Program-made: the position numbers and the translations under genes
Assembly: GCF_018350175.1 (NCBI RefSeq)
Contig: NC_058368.1
Location: 188,730,001-188,794,000 of the forward strand
Length of the DNA: 64,000 nt
Direction: 5' to 3'
Origin: Felis catus
Lineage: Eukaryota
Notes under the pieces: generated by a model
The model's database searches: none
Told to the model about the DNA's origin: nothing
Seen by the model: only the letters and a program-made list of their open reading frames with translations
In this document: one piece after another, positions 39,055-52,309 of the stretch
Position numbering within the stretch: position 1 is the stretch's first letter
Layout of the letters: the number at the start of each line of letters is the position of its first letter

Positions 39055-40710
39055 CAACACTTCTTAAATCCCTTGTGCTCAGGACCCCTTTACATTCTTA
39101 AGGAAAAAAAAAAGTATTGAGGCTCCAAAGAATTTCTGTTTGTGTAGCTTATGCCATGTCCAGTGTATTATAAATGAACATGAGAAATTTTAAAAATATT
39201 TATTTATTATTCTTTTAAAGAGACAATACCAAACCCATCACATTTTAACATCAATAACATTTTAAAATCAGAAATAACTCTATTTTCTGCAACGAAAATA
39301 TTTAGTGAGATGACTGGCATTATTTCACATTTTTACAAATTTCTTTAATGTCTGACCTAATAGAAAACAAGCTTCTCATATTTGCCTCTGTGTAGGTTGC
39401 TATGTGTTATTTGGCTAAAGTATATGAAGAAAATCCAGCTTTATAAATACGTGTAGTTAAATAAAAGAGGAGTATTTTAATAATTTTTTTTAGATAATTG
39501 TAAACATTCTTTGATACTACATTAAAACTTGACAAGTGGTAGTTTCTTTTTTTAAATTTTTTTTTCAACGTTTATTTATTTTTGGGACAGAGAGAGACAG
39601 AGCATGAACGGGGGAGAAACAGAGAGAGAGGGAGACACAGAATCAGAAACAGGCTCCAAGCCATCAGCCCAGAGCCTGACGCGGGGCTCAAACTCACGGA
39701 CCACGAGATCGTGACCTGGCTGAAGTCGGACGCTTAACCGACTGCGCCACCCAGGCGCCCCTACAAGTGGTAGTTTCTTAAGAGTTAGTTGAAGTGTTGG
39801 TTCTGAAACCATATCAATGAATTTTTTGTACTGTTTATGTTAAAATCCATTGGTATATCTTTCACTTTGGATCTTTTAGCCATCATGAATTTGTAACATT
39901 ATGCATTGTTTATTTGGAAAATATTGATTTACTGAGTTATGTTCACTGAGTTACATGACATATTTTATTGTACACTGTTAAAAATTCATATTTATTAATA
40001 TCAAAATCTCAGCAGAAAAGTTTTTAGTAAGCTGTCAAGCTCATAGTCCTAGATATAGGTTTCACAAAATTCCAATTTTCGTTTGAAAACTTGAATTTTG
40101 TCATTGGCAATACATGATTGTCAGTTGTTTTTCTTCAAGTGACATCCTCACTTTGCTCATTTTGGAAAAGATGGCTGCCAAGCATCCAAGTCTGAATAAC
40201 CATTGTTTGTCGGTTGTACCTGCGAATAAAAATGGTGTTCTGCCAAAAAACAACTAGTTCAGCTCACAATTCAAACAATTGCATAAGTACTGTACCTGAC
40301 CGTGCAGCAGAAAGCTTTATTTGTTTTTCCCATTTAGGCTCACAGAATATTAAGATGTAAGAGGGGTTGAGATACAGTAAAATATTATATTTTAATAATG
40401 TTTAATAAATTAATAATTTTTACTACTTCATCAGAATATTCTTAAAGGAAATGTTTTTTACATTGTGTGTGTGTTTGTGTTACTGTGAATTCATGGCAGT
40501 GAAGAATACAATGATTACTAGTAGAATTTTGTGCCATTATCTTGATTCTCGCTAAGCCCTCATTATTGCTTTACCCATCATTGCTTTCACACCTTTCCTG
40601 CAAATGTCAGCACAGTCATATCGTTGGGAAAATAGTTTTGACCTCACATGCCTCCTAGAAGAGACTCTGTGACCTCCAGGATTCCATGGGACCACATTTG
40701 AGAACTGCTT
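39055..40710 (-). mobile_element. Charlie1a-like hAT DNA transposon fossil (~1.4 kb plus inserted SINE)
   Basis: ctcaggacccctttaca start, gaccacatttgagaactgct end, collinear with recalled Charlie1a consensus; minus strand 40481-40513 still reads HCILHCHEFTV (hAT CxxH motif remnant). Confidence 0.88.
39549..39761 (-). mobile_element. Can-SINE, young SINEC_Fc type, small internal deletion
   Basis: 17-bp TSD acaagtggtagtttctt at 39532-39548 and 39763-39779; aggctccaagccatc is ~7 nt shorter than in sister copies. Confidence 0.96.
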
Positions 40711-41909
40711 CTCTCCACAGTACTGTCTCTCAAAAATGCTAGTGATGTATGAAGGGCTTTCTATAGCAAAACAGCAGGAAAAGCAAACAGTAGGACAGCA
40801 AAACAGTAGGAAAAGAGTTGGGTATTGTTATTCTTATAATAAAAGTTTAATGCATATTTTCATACATGTATGTCTATAGTGGCAAACCAAGTGTTGGTTG
40901 TTTTTTCTCTCTTATTAAATCTTTGGGTTTCATTTCAAATAAGGAAGAAAAAAATCCACTCTGGATCAGCAGATAGCATACTTTTGAAGCCATCAGTGAC
41001 TGCTGAACTTAGTTTTCTCTTTTACCATGTCAACGTTGGAACATACTGATTCTCTGTCTGTTTATAATCTTGAAGACTAGCTACTTGGAATAGATTTAAA
41101 ATATTTGTGTATAGTTATACCATTTTAAGAGGCAAAAAATCGCCAATTTCTCACGAATGCTTGGAAAAATTTCTTTCCTGTAACTGAAAACATCCCATGT
41201 TCCCTCTTAGCCAAGAGAGAGAAGGTTTGAAGACTGATCTTTCAACTAGATGTAAGGAGTTTTCTAAAAAACTGAATGTAGCAACTAATTTTGAAAGCCT
41301 CTTAAAGAAGAGTACTGGGTTTTTTGAAAAGTGAAGAAAATTTGGTATTTTTATGGAAACTGATTATAAGTACTAATATTTTTTGAAATTATCACTCCAT
41401 TGTTTGGAATGACTCTTGGCCTTATTTCCTATTCTGGGGCATCACACAGACTCAGAAATTGCCAGTGTCTCAGGGCCACAACATAGATAAATCTCAGAGT
41501 TGAGTCTCTGGGTAAGAGCTGTCAATATGGTTCTTTCATTGTGTTTCTTTTTCTGTGAGAATTTTTTTTTCTTTCAAAGAGAAAATGAAACAGAAAAACT
41601 CTTGTGTGTGCTTGAGGTTCATTCACTGCAATCTGAGAAGCGTGGTATTTGGGCTGAGCCTTTGAAGCTTCCATGACAGAGAAATGCTTAGGGTGTAGGC
41701 ACTAAATTTTTCAGGTTGTGGATATTTTTCAGTAGTAGGTGAAAAGCATGCATAACATACTTTGCGATCTGGCACGGTTGGGAATCGAAGGTCTGTTTGA
41801 TCAAGTCAACACCGTTTCCCAAAGCGTGGTAAGTGTATGTACCAGTGCTGGTCTATATGATGATTTTGGGAGACACACAGACAGTTTCAATTGAATCATC
41901 ATATACCTA

Positions 41910-41934
41910 TTTTTTTTTTTTTTGAGAGAGAGAG

Positions 41935-41965
<31 letters not shown>

Positions 41966-42106
41966 TACCAGAGGAGGGACAGAGGGAGAGAGAGAGAGAA
42001 TCTTAAGCTGACATGGGGCTGGATCCCACAACACTGAGCTGATCAGATCATGGCTTGAACCTAAATCAAAAGTCAGAGGCTCAACCAATTGAGCCACCCA
42101 GGTGTC
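41910..42106 (-). mobile_element. Older degenerate Can-SINE
   Basis: gagccacccaggtg head, (GA)n body, poly-T; TSD not clear. Confidence 0.85.
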
Positions 42107-42289
42107 TTTAGTTTACTGGTTTTCTGTGTGTAGTTTCTTTTGAAAATAATTTTAATTAAATGAAATTGTGAATCAATTTAAAGTAAAGTTATTAAGGAAA
42201 TGATAATAACAGTGGTAGGTGAATTGAAAAAAATGATATACAATGAATTGAAGCTTTAGGAAGCTGAAATATTTCAAATATGTTTAGTG

Positions 42290-42535
42290 CATTCATTTAC
42301 TTATCCAACATTTATTGAATGCCTGCTTATTCTAGGCACTGTGGATTCAGCAGTCAATAATATAAACAAAGTCCCTGCCTTTGTGAAACTCATATCCTGG
42401 ATGGAGAAGATAAATATATAATGTAATGTAAAGTATTTGATGGTATAAAAAATAAGGGCTAGGGGCTAGAGCTTGAAAAGGATGCTATTTTAGAGCAGGT
42501 TGAGGGAAAGCCTTGTTGAGGTTGCATTTGAAAAG
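42290..42535 (-). mobile_element. L2 fragment
   Basis: cattcatttacttatccaacatttattgaatgcctgc...ctaggcactgtggattcagcag. Confidence 0.75.
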
Positions 42536-45500
42536 ATAGCACTATGGATTGAGTTTAGTTCATTTTAACAAGCATGCATTGGGTGTTTGGCTCTGGAATA
42601 CAAATAGATATACAACTGGTCAGAGAAACTCAGAATTGGGGTGGGGGCAGAAGTTACAATGAAAATTTAATAGGATGGAGTGCAATGTAGTGATCTAAGG
42701 AGGATTACTTTGGTACCACTGAGGAGGGGAATGGCTGTCCCAAAGAATCAGAAATGAAGTCATGGAAGGTGTCCTAGAGAAGGTGCTTGCCCTGAACTAA
42801 GTCTTTCAGAATAAGGAGGAGTTAACAGAGGAAGCAGATGGTGGGAGGTCAGAGTTATTTACAGAAGGGGGAATAGCGTGTGCAAAAGTAAAAACCATTC
42901 ATAGTGGGTGGAATCTGGACTTTTGGGGGTTGAGAAGTAGATGGAGGGTGACCAACACTGAGTGTGTAGATTAACAAATTTTAGAGAATTGGAAACTGTA
43001 AACTACTTAGTTCTAAATCATATAGGATGCTCAGTTTTCTCATTGATTCAGAATGTGGCTGAATATCTAGTACCACTGAGTTAAGAGGGTCCTCTGGACT
43101 CTGCTCTTTAGGGGGCTTCAGTATGACCCTCCCCCAGTCCTACCACTCCCTATGGAATGAGAGGTCCATGTTTGCCACCTAGAAAATGCACACCCTATTT
43201 AGATCACACTGAGAGTTCTTGGCACTCAGGAAGTTGATGCCCCAAGAGCCCTGAGTCACTTTCCAAAGCTCACATGGGGCTCTCATTTGGGTCTCCCTTC
43301 CCAGGGTGTCTCCTAGTGTATGTGTCTCCTAGTCTTGAGAGTTGGACAAAGAGGCTGTTTGTAGAGGATGAGGAAGGAGATTGAACATGAGGGCTGGAGT
43401 GCTCCTATATGTGTTCAGGGCCCCTTGAGGTGCTGAGCCAGAGATGGAAGAAGAAGGGTTGCAGCACATGATGGAGCTAGCCTCCCTGGGCCACCAAGCT
43501 CTTGAGTAGAACTTTGAAAAGTCCAAGTATTCTAAAATCAAACATGGCCTTCCAGGTTGTTATGAAGGAATACTCATTCAGATAGGGGGTATAACATATA
43601 TCCTTTAGAATTTGTCCTATAACTTTGACACACTTAGACATGTAGTATGAGTCTCCTTTTATCAGGGATGGGCCTGAGTATCATGATTTTTTATGTTTGT
43701 TGTCTTTAAACTAAAAATACAGTGATAATTGGTAGCGTGTTCAGTTCCTATAAGGCTACTTAGGCAGACTTCTACTAAATTGCAGGGTTTTTTTTTTTTG
43801 AGAAATTGTATTAAGATTTACTTCACCTTCCATCATTTCCCCATGTCTTTAGCCTCCTCACTGCTTCATAAATTCACATGCAGAATTGAATTAAATAGTT
43901 AAGAATAAGTTCACATTTTGAAATCACTTTTGGAAAGCAGATTTGGAGAAAGTGAAGAAAATGCCACTCTTTTCGGGGTAGAAAACAAATCACAACTTCC
44001 CAAATCCAAAATCTAAACAATCTTTGTGATTAACCAATGAAGTAAGAGTCAATTGAAGTATTTCATAAAAATTAGGAAAAATTTTAACAAAACCATCACT
44101 AATTTATCAAGAAAGTATATTGAGAATTTATATGCTTACAAGTTATTTGTAGAGTCCTGGGCATCTCTCTTGATTTGATTAAAAAAATACTAAGTACTTC
44201 CAGAAAAATTCCTTTCTAGATAAAAGGATCCAAGAAATCAGCATGATCATCAGATTTATCCAATAAAAGAAAGGGCGTAGGAAAGAGTGAATTCCAGATA
44301 AGTCCTGTGTAATACTCCTAAAAGCCATGAGGTCACCAGTAAATTAAAGTTGGATTTGGGGCCCAGAATCTGCTAGAGCCGTTTATATTCTTGAAGGCTG
44401 CAGGCCAGACTGTCAAAAGCAGTGCTAAGATCCTCAGGGAGGTTGAATCCTCTGTTGTAGTCCTTGACCCATCATTGCACCTCTGGAATCCAGTAAGTTT
44501 GAGCTAACACGTTTTGGGAGTCTCTGTGCATCATGCAATAAAATCGCATTGCGTGTCTCTGACCAAAGATGAGATCATTTTTCTTAGCTCATGGTTTCAG
44601 GCTAGGGCTGCCCTACCCATACGTGGAGTAGTACAGAACGTCTGTGCAGTGAGATATGAAACAGGAGAGAACTAAGATTTGTATCATTCAGTTATCTGGT
44701 GCCAGGCATGGTGCTGGGTTCTTTCTTTAACTGTCTAATTAATCCTGACAACAGCCTGCAAGAAGTTTGGAGAGTTTGAAGAATATATTCAAACTCACAG
44801 AACTTCATAAATGGCATATCCCGGAATCATACCACTGTCCATATGATGGCTCTTTCTTGGGCATCCCCCTGTGGGGCATCAAAAGCTGCCTCTGCACTGG
44901 GAGGTCATCCAGCCTGTAAGACTCACAGGGCTCAGAGACACTTGGGGATTCTAAGGTCACAGAATCCTACTGATGCTTATGTGCCCACTGCCACATTCCC
45001 AGCAGATCTAGACCAAACGTATTTAGAGTCTCCCCATCTCTGACTTGTCACTGTGCCTAAAATTTTTCTCTTCAGTGACTGTTCCACATTAAATCTTAGT
45101 CTCTTGTTAAATAAAATATGACCCCAGAAAGATGCCATTAATACCTACGTTCAGGTTATTTTACGCCATTTGTATGTAAGGATCCAAAGACGATAGAATA
45201 CTGGGGAGAAGAGAAGAGAGAAATTGGTTGCTAGAGAAGGCCCTGGCATACCTTTTCTCCAATTTCATACCACTTGCTTCTATTCGCCAAAATCTCCCAT
45301 CAATGAAGAGAGGATCTCCAAGCAGAAGCTAACTTTTCTTCATGTAGGAGCATGCCTTCTTGAACAATACAGAAGGATAACTAACTTGAAGGCACTGGCT
45401 TCTCTCACTTGATGGCTCTTCACCCACCAAAGAGCTCTCTCCACTCTGAGAGTATTGCTAGACACCAGCAATGTGCCTCTCATGTAATTGATGCATTTCT

Positions 45501-46849
45501 GAAATGTTAAATCCAGAATGAATTTCCAAAAGTTGAAATAAACTGCAAGAACTTATTTTGTAGTTAAGCATTCTTGTATGATGAGAAAAATCAACTCTAA
45601 ATTTTCTGCATTACTAGTTTGAATATTCAAAAATCAAAATGAACTAGGGAACTTATCACTTAGCACTGTCTAGAGTAAAGATTTCTTATCTAATGAAAAA
45701 AGTCATTCATGAATTTTCTGCCTTATTAGTTTGAGCAAAACTATGTTTTTTTACCCTACTTGTCTCTTAATGTAATGATGTATTTAGAATTTTGAGGTAG
45801 AAGTGAGTTTCTGATAAAATAACAATTTGCATGATGAAATGTAAAACGGAATGGAAGATCAGTCATTCTCGTTATGAGGCATCAAGCTAATATGATATAA
45901 ATGTTAAGGTCAGACAAGACTTTAGACCTAGAGTTCCAAGAAATACAGTATTTTACTCTGAAGGACTACAAGCGGTGTTTCCAGAGTTGTTACTAGCAGA
46001 GCAGACCCTGATGTCAGAGAATGCTCTTTACAAGCTGTATTACTGTGTTGCCTGTGGTTGTGTTAGCACAGCCTCCTGTAGCAAGGCATGTTCACATTTT
46101 TTTATGGTGAACTTTGTAAGATGAAAGCTGCTTTGACTTTAAGAGCAAGAATTTATTGAAACAAACGCTGGCTTACCTGTTGGATTTAGGCAAAACCACT
46201 CTACAACAATAACCAAATGATACTTGGAATCACATTGCATATTGTGCCTGTAGAAAATTGGGTGTACTTCAATCTATTCATATTGTTGCAATTTCCCATT
46301 GCTTTTTTCCTTGATGGAAATTAAAAAGGAGTCTCACAGTCATTTAGTTTGGTGGCCCCAAGAGATGGGAGATGGAGCCCATGTTGTCCTCCTGTGATTA
46401 ATAAACCATCCCACCAGCAGGATTGATAAGCCCATCCCACTAAAAGTTTGAGTGGCTTTCCCAAGGCTGGTTCCCTGTACCTTCTTCTGGGAAGAGTGGG
46501 TATGAGCATCAGAGTGAGAGAAGTGAACCCATGTAACTCGCCCCATCTTCCCATCTGCCTTGACAACAAACTGGGGTCCTTTCTCTCCAATGATAAAAGT
46601 GGAGGTGATGTTCGTAGGCATTGGCAGGTTCTGTTTCCCCAGGACAGGTTTACTTTCTTTGACTGGCCCTATTCTTCCCAGGTGGACTGGAGTTTGAGGT
46701 TTTCAGTCTGGTTTGTTTAATCCCTTCAACTCTTAGTTCTGGCCACAATCTATGGTTATTCCTCGGTTTTACTTTTGCTTGTTTGTGACTGTGGTTCTCG
46801 ATTTAGCACTGGCACACTGAAGGGAGTCAGAGAGAGCAGCCATGTTAAT

Positions 46850-47005
46850 TGCATTGCACGTTGCAAGGTGCTTTTTCCTTATTTTATTTTAAATTCAAAG
46901 TAATTCTGTGAGGTTCACTAGTATTATTAGTCCCATTTTACAGATTAGAAAGAAGGCTCAGAGTGTTTAAAGGGCTTGCTGAAGGCCATTCAGCTAGCTG
47001 GTGAC
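46850..47005 (-). mobile_element. MIR
   Basis: tattattagtcccattttacagattagaaagaaggctcagag. Confidence 0.7.
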
Positions 47006-47090
47006 TGCCCTCACATATTTATCCCACAGCTTTTCCCACTAATCCCAGTACTTCCCCTTATCATTGTTATTTCTGTGAAAAGAATTTTTA

Positions 47091-47332
47091 AAAAAAAATT
47101 TTTTTTTTCAACGTTTATTTATTTTTGGGACAGAGAGAGACAGAGCATGAACGGGGGAGGGGCAGAGAGAGAGGGAGACACAGAATCGGAAACAGGCTCC
47201 AGGCTCTGAGCCATCAGCCCAGAGCCCGACGCGGGGCTCGAACTCACGGACCGTGAGATGGTGACCTGGCTGAAGTTGATCGTGACCTGGCTGAAGTCGG
47301 ACACTTAACCGACTGTGCCACCCAGGCGCCCC
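47091..47332 (-). mobile_element. Can-SINE, young SINEC_Fc type with 21-bp internal duplication
   Basis: TSD agaattttta at 47081-47090 and 47334-47343; duplicated unit 47257-47298. Confidence 0.96.
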
Positions 47333-48836
47333 TAGAATTTTTATTCCTATTTTTCAGCCGTAAAATATTGAGACTTTAATAAACTTTTTTTTCTAGGTAA
47401 TCCATTAATTCAGAAGCTGAGCCAGATACCAGGCCCCGACCTCTTCGTAGGCAATGCTCAATCCCTGACCAGTCTAGAGGAAACAGCAGGGTTCTTCATA
47501 TACCCCTTAGTGGAGATAAATCCTATAAAATTACATTTCAGCAGCAAAATAGCCAAGCACAGTAATTTTGGTGTAAAATGTGCAAAGTCTTATCTACAGA
47601 ATATCTCATGATGCTGTTCCCAGATGTCTTTTTAAAGAAATTTTTAGTTACATGCAAAGGAACTGAAAACCAGGAATATAATTGGTAAGAAACGTAAATC
47701 TGCCCAAAAACAACAATTACAACGACTTGATGAGATATATATTTTCTCAGCATCAGCATAAAAGAAAGAACATTCTGATCCAGAAATGGTATGTAAGTAA
47801 ATAAACTTTAATTGGTTTGACAATGCCACTTTTCCTGGCAATGCCAAGAATCCTACCATTATAATTACACAGTTCTGGGCAGACATGTGGTTTCCATTAA
47901 GCAAGACTTGTGATTGACTGAGTTCATGAGGCATGTCAGAAAAAACACATCAATGTCTTTATAAGAAGGAAAGAGAAATGGATCTCAATGTATTTATAAC
48001 TTCACAAGATACACATTCATAAATAGTTCCAAAAGGGCATACACTTCTTTAATTCTGATGAAAAAAAAATCATTAAGGAAAGCCATTGGGAGCATTTTAG
48101 CCTTTGCTTCTAAATGAACTCAGCAGTTACTTGCATTTAGGCAAAAGGGACACCTTTTTGTCCTTACGAGGGTTTATTTAAGGGTTCTGCAAGGAAAATG
48201 CTGAGGAAGGTCTTAGTTGAATAAGCTTTAGCTTTATGGGTTTAAACATCCCCCTCTCCTTCTTCCCCACACCCCGCCACCCCACCCTCTTTAAATAGCT
48301 TTGCCATTAACAAAAAGATTTATCAAATCCATTCTCTCTTGGTAAGCCAGCAGGGCTTACATTCTCCCTCAACTCTACCCCCACCCCAACTTTTTAAAAG
48401 AGGAAACTGGGACTTGGGGAGTTAGTAAGTTGCTCAAGGTCTCGGAACTGGTAAATGCTTCTAATTTAAAAGTGTTGCAAAAACACTGGAGGCACTGGAT
48501 CGGGTAGGTGAGGAGGGCTTTTAGCCCTTGCATTGTGCACATGCCAGAAACTCCACAGGTAACACAGATAAAACTTAAGAAGTGGTTTAAATTTTATATG
48601 CAGAAGGATAAAACTAGTAAGGTTGGAGAAGGGTGAATTTCCTTCAAGAACATTTTTAAACCAAAACCTAATGACTTGCCTTAATCACCTAAAGTGACTA
48701 AAATATTGAATAGTTTATTTTTTGCTTTTGCATAAATACTTTTAAGATGACAAACATTTTTAGGCCTGCCAAATACTGTCATCTTTTGGCAGCGTTCACA
48801 TCTCAGGCTTGATACTTTTTCTTGACAACAGAGCAA

Positions 48837-48839
<3 letters not shown>

Positions 48840-48883
<44 letters not shown>
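48840..48883. repeat. (TG)n microsatellite
   Basis: Direct reading. Confidence 0.95.
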
Positions 48884-48884
<1 letters not shown>

Positions 48885-49179
48885 ATGTGCGCGCCCGCTC
48901 ACTTTCTCTTTCCTTGAAAAACATTTTGTCAAGAAGTAGTGGCAAAACATGTGGTAGTGTTTTTAAAAATACTATCTCTGCAGTGGCATCTCTTACATAA
49001 AATATGAGAGTTTTCATCTTAAAAAATAAACCAGTGACTTATTCAATGGAATGTTTCAAACTGTTTTTATAAGCGATTCAGATATTTTTAAGCATTCATC
49101 TGGCCTGCTAGAGTGGATATGCAAAATATTGTAGTTTGAAATTAATGAAACAATGCCTATGATGTCAGCAATAATAAAA

Positions 49180-49375
49180 ATAACAATGAATAACAGCCAC
49201 TATTTTTCGAGTGCTCACTAGGTGTTAGGACTGTGGTCTGTGGTACATATTTATTTAATATTCTCATTAATATTAGGTGATAGAGATTATTAACCCTATT
49301 TTACAGATGGAGAAGTTAGGGCAGAATAGAAATTTCTCAAGCTTACACGGACAGCAACTAGCAGATGAGATTTGT
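49180..49375 (-). mobile_element. MIR
   Basis: attattaaccctattttacagatggagaagttagggcaga. Confidence 0.7.
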
Positions 49376-49889
49376 CTCCTTCCCCCCCCCCCCCCACCAT
49401 GACATTGGTACTGTGCCATTCTTTCTGTAATGACTAAGCATTGAGACGTGTAGCAGGTCCCATGGCTAGTGTTGGGATCTATATATGGAGTTCTCATACA
49501 TTTCATGGGCTCTTGTTATCACTTGGCTCACTGAGGAAAATAGAAAGTGATGGGTTTCATCGAGATTAGCCCAACTTTAGAGTTAGATTCTGACACAGAA
49601 GAAGAAAATATAGAGCCTTGAATGACCACCTTATAGAAACAGTGTGATTCTATTATTCAGCCTGTGTTTTTACAGTTCTTACCAAAAAATGAAAATACAC
49701 TTACATCTATCCATTTTAACAATAATTCCCACTAGGTGTAACTACAGATAGAGACAGATAAAGAGAGCAAGGTGCAGAGTGGTTAAGGGACTGGCTTGAA
49801 GTCACACAGCTTGTTTTTGCCTGAGTTAGGGCTAGACACTAGACTTCCTGACTTGGAGCTCAGTTCTGTGTGGAATCACACTGCTTCTT

Positions 49890-50114
49890 TTTTTAAATTT
49901 TTTTTTCAATGGTTTTTTTAATTTATTTTTGGGACAGAGAGAGACAGAGCATGAACGGGGAGGGGCAGAGAGAGAGGGAGACACAGAATCGGAAACAGGC
50001 TCCAGGCTCTGAGCCATCAGCCCAGAGCCTGACGCAGGGCTCAAACTCGCAGACCGCGAGATCGTGACCTGGCTGAAGTCGGACGCTTAACCGACTGCGC
50101 CACCCAGGTGCCCC
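49890..50114 (-). mobile_element. Can-SINE, young SINEC_Fc type
   Basis: 14-bp TSD tcacactgcttctt at 49876-49889 and 50115-50128. Confidence 0.96.
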
Positions 50115-50219
50115 TCACACTGCTTCTTAAAACCAAGCCCAATGTTTGTTTTCCAGGATTGAGCTAGTGAAGTTTCAGTGAGAGTCCGTCCTCGTGTGAG
50201 TACTCTCTGGTTTCACCAC

Positions 50220-50960
50220 TGTAGTTTGGGCCTGTCTTGTTGCAATAGCCTTCTTACTTGTCTCCCTACCTGAGCTGTCCCTCCACAGGGAAGCCTTCTT
50301 TGCTGTGCACTTCTGATTATGACTCTTTCCAACAGAGAGACTTTCCCTAGTTTCACAGAACCGTGACTGCCTAGTGTTGTCTCATGGCCTTCCTGACAGG
50401 AATCCAGGACCTCGTGTACTTGGGATGTCCCTGCAACGTGTTCCACCCCGGCTGAAGAGCACCAGCTGGGTGTCATGTGGCGTTTTTCTGACTATATACT
50501 TTATATTGCTCTCCCTGCACTTTGACTGCACGAGCCCCAGGCTCTACTCCTGCGTTTAGAATCATTCTCGTCCTGTGCCAGGAGGTTCATGTTTTGCTTC
50601 CCCCTTGAGGTAGCCTCATCTGTCTCTTAATCCCTTCTCCAATGGCCCCTTTACAGTTCTGTTGTTTTTACTGGGATCTTTCATGTCACTCATCATTTTC
50701 TACCTTGGATTCTAGTTGTCGTCCTCAACCCCCATGTTTTAACCACCGCCCCCCCCCCAAGCCCCGTAAGCTCCATAAGGGCTATGCCATCTAGAACTTT
50801 GCATAAAAATAATGTACCCCGTAGCACTTAGCATAGCAACCTAGGTAGTCAACCTGAAGGTGTTGTCTTGAGTGAAGGAAGGAGGGAGCTACAGTGTGTC
50901 TTGGATGCCCTTATAACAGATTATTATCTCTTGAATGAGTGAGCACATGCATGAATGGCT
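50220..50960 (+). mobile_element. Degenerate L2 remnant
   Basis: ttgcaatagccttcttacttgtctccct ... gtaagctccataagggc ... gtagcacttagcatag. Confidence 0.5.
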
Positions 50961-51677
50961 GGATAGGCCCTTGACTTCTCACAGACTTCTCCAACATCTT
51001 CAGTAGATGCCTTTGAAGCAGTCACTGCTGGCCTCTTCTTGGTGCCCATGGCTACTGTGCTCTAATGGCCACGAGCTGGGTTTGGAGCTACCTACAAAGG
51101 GAAGAAGACTTAGTGAGGAGGGCTGCACCACTGCTCCAGGTCTCTCTCTGCCTTGATCCTGGGGATGCCTGCATTTGGTTTTAATTGGCAGTGGGTTAAA
51201 GTGATCTCCGTGACTAAGCACTTTGAGGATTTCCAAGAACCTGACGGCCATTTGTATTCATCATTTGACATGAAGAGGTTTGTGCCCGTTCTACAGTCTG
51301 ACAAGAAATTGCCCATCATTTGGCACAGGAGCAGTGATCTCCCATTCCCGCAATCTGCAATCAGGTCCAATGGTACATTTTATTAAAAACCAAGAAGCTC
51401 AGCTTTTTGACCTGGGGATTGAAGAGGAGACTTTGCAGAAAGCCTCCCTCTTTTCCCCCACCCATCTTTTCCTGTTTCTTGTTGAAACAGGAGGTACAGA
51501 CTACAGCTGTCCAGCTACTGTGCTATGGGAAGATTGTGGCTCAGTTGGGTGTTGAGGGTGTTGGGGGTGTTGCTGGGTATCAGAGAGCCAGGAAGCCAGC
51601 ACAACTCCTGGTGTGCCTCAGAAGGAGGGAAGCAGAGCCTGCGTCACAGGCAAGACGTTTCAAGCATGTTTCTTCCA

Positions 51678-51799
51678 GGGGCGCCTCAGTAGCTCAGTCA
51701 GTTAAGCATCTGACTTGATTTCAGCTCAGGTCATGATGTGGCTTGTGAGATTGAGCCCCCGTGTCTGGCTCTGTGCAGACAGCATGGAGCCTGCTTGGG

Positions 51800-51838
<39 letters not shown>

Positions 51839-51881
51839 TCCTTCGCCTTCAAAAATAAATAAATAAACTTAAAAAAAAATA
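51678..51881 (+). mobile_element. Can-SINE
   Basis: Head ggggcgcctcagtagctcagtc, (CT)n, AATAAA tail; TSD atgtttcttcca at 51666-51677 and 51882-51893. Confidence 0.93.
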
Positions 51882-52309
51882 ATGTTTCTTCCAAACAGAG
51901 AAAAGGGCATAAGCCTGTGGTGGGCAAGACTAGTGGCTGCCAGAGGGCTTTCTGTTGGAATTGGGTTGGAGTTGGTTCAACTGGAGACTCCAGCTGCTGA
52001 GTTAGGCAAAGGGGGAAGACCCATTTGTGGGTTTTTTTCCCTCCTCTTTCTCTCTGTCACTCCACTGGCTCTATTTTGCCCAATTCCAATCCAGATGGAG
52101 AGAATTGGAGCAAAATATGTAAGGCAGGTATCTCTTCGCTGCATCAGCTGGGACTACTCTAACAGACTATGCACTTCTTTCCTATATTTATATTATTGAT
52201 ATGTCCTGAGAGGCAGACTCAGAAGAATAGCAAGGCCTATTTAGAGGCTCTTGGAATTGCGCCAGCTGATATAACAGCAACCCTACCTACTCAGCTGCTC
52301 ACTTTGAGG

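Noticed and set aside
39055..40710. Domesticated or active hAT transposase
   Set aside because: No ORF spans it; stops, indels and a SINE insertion mark it as a fossil
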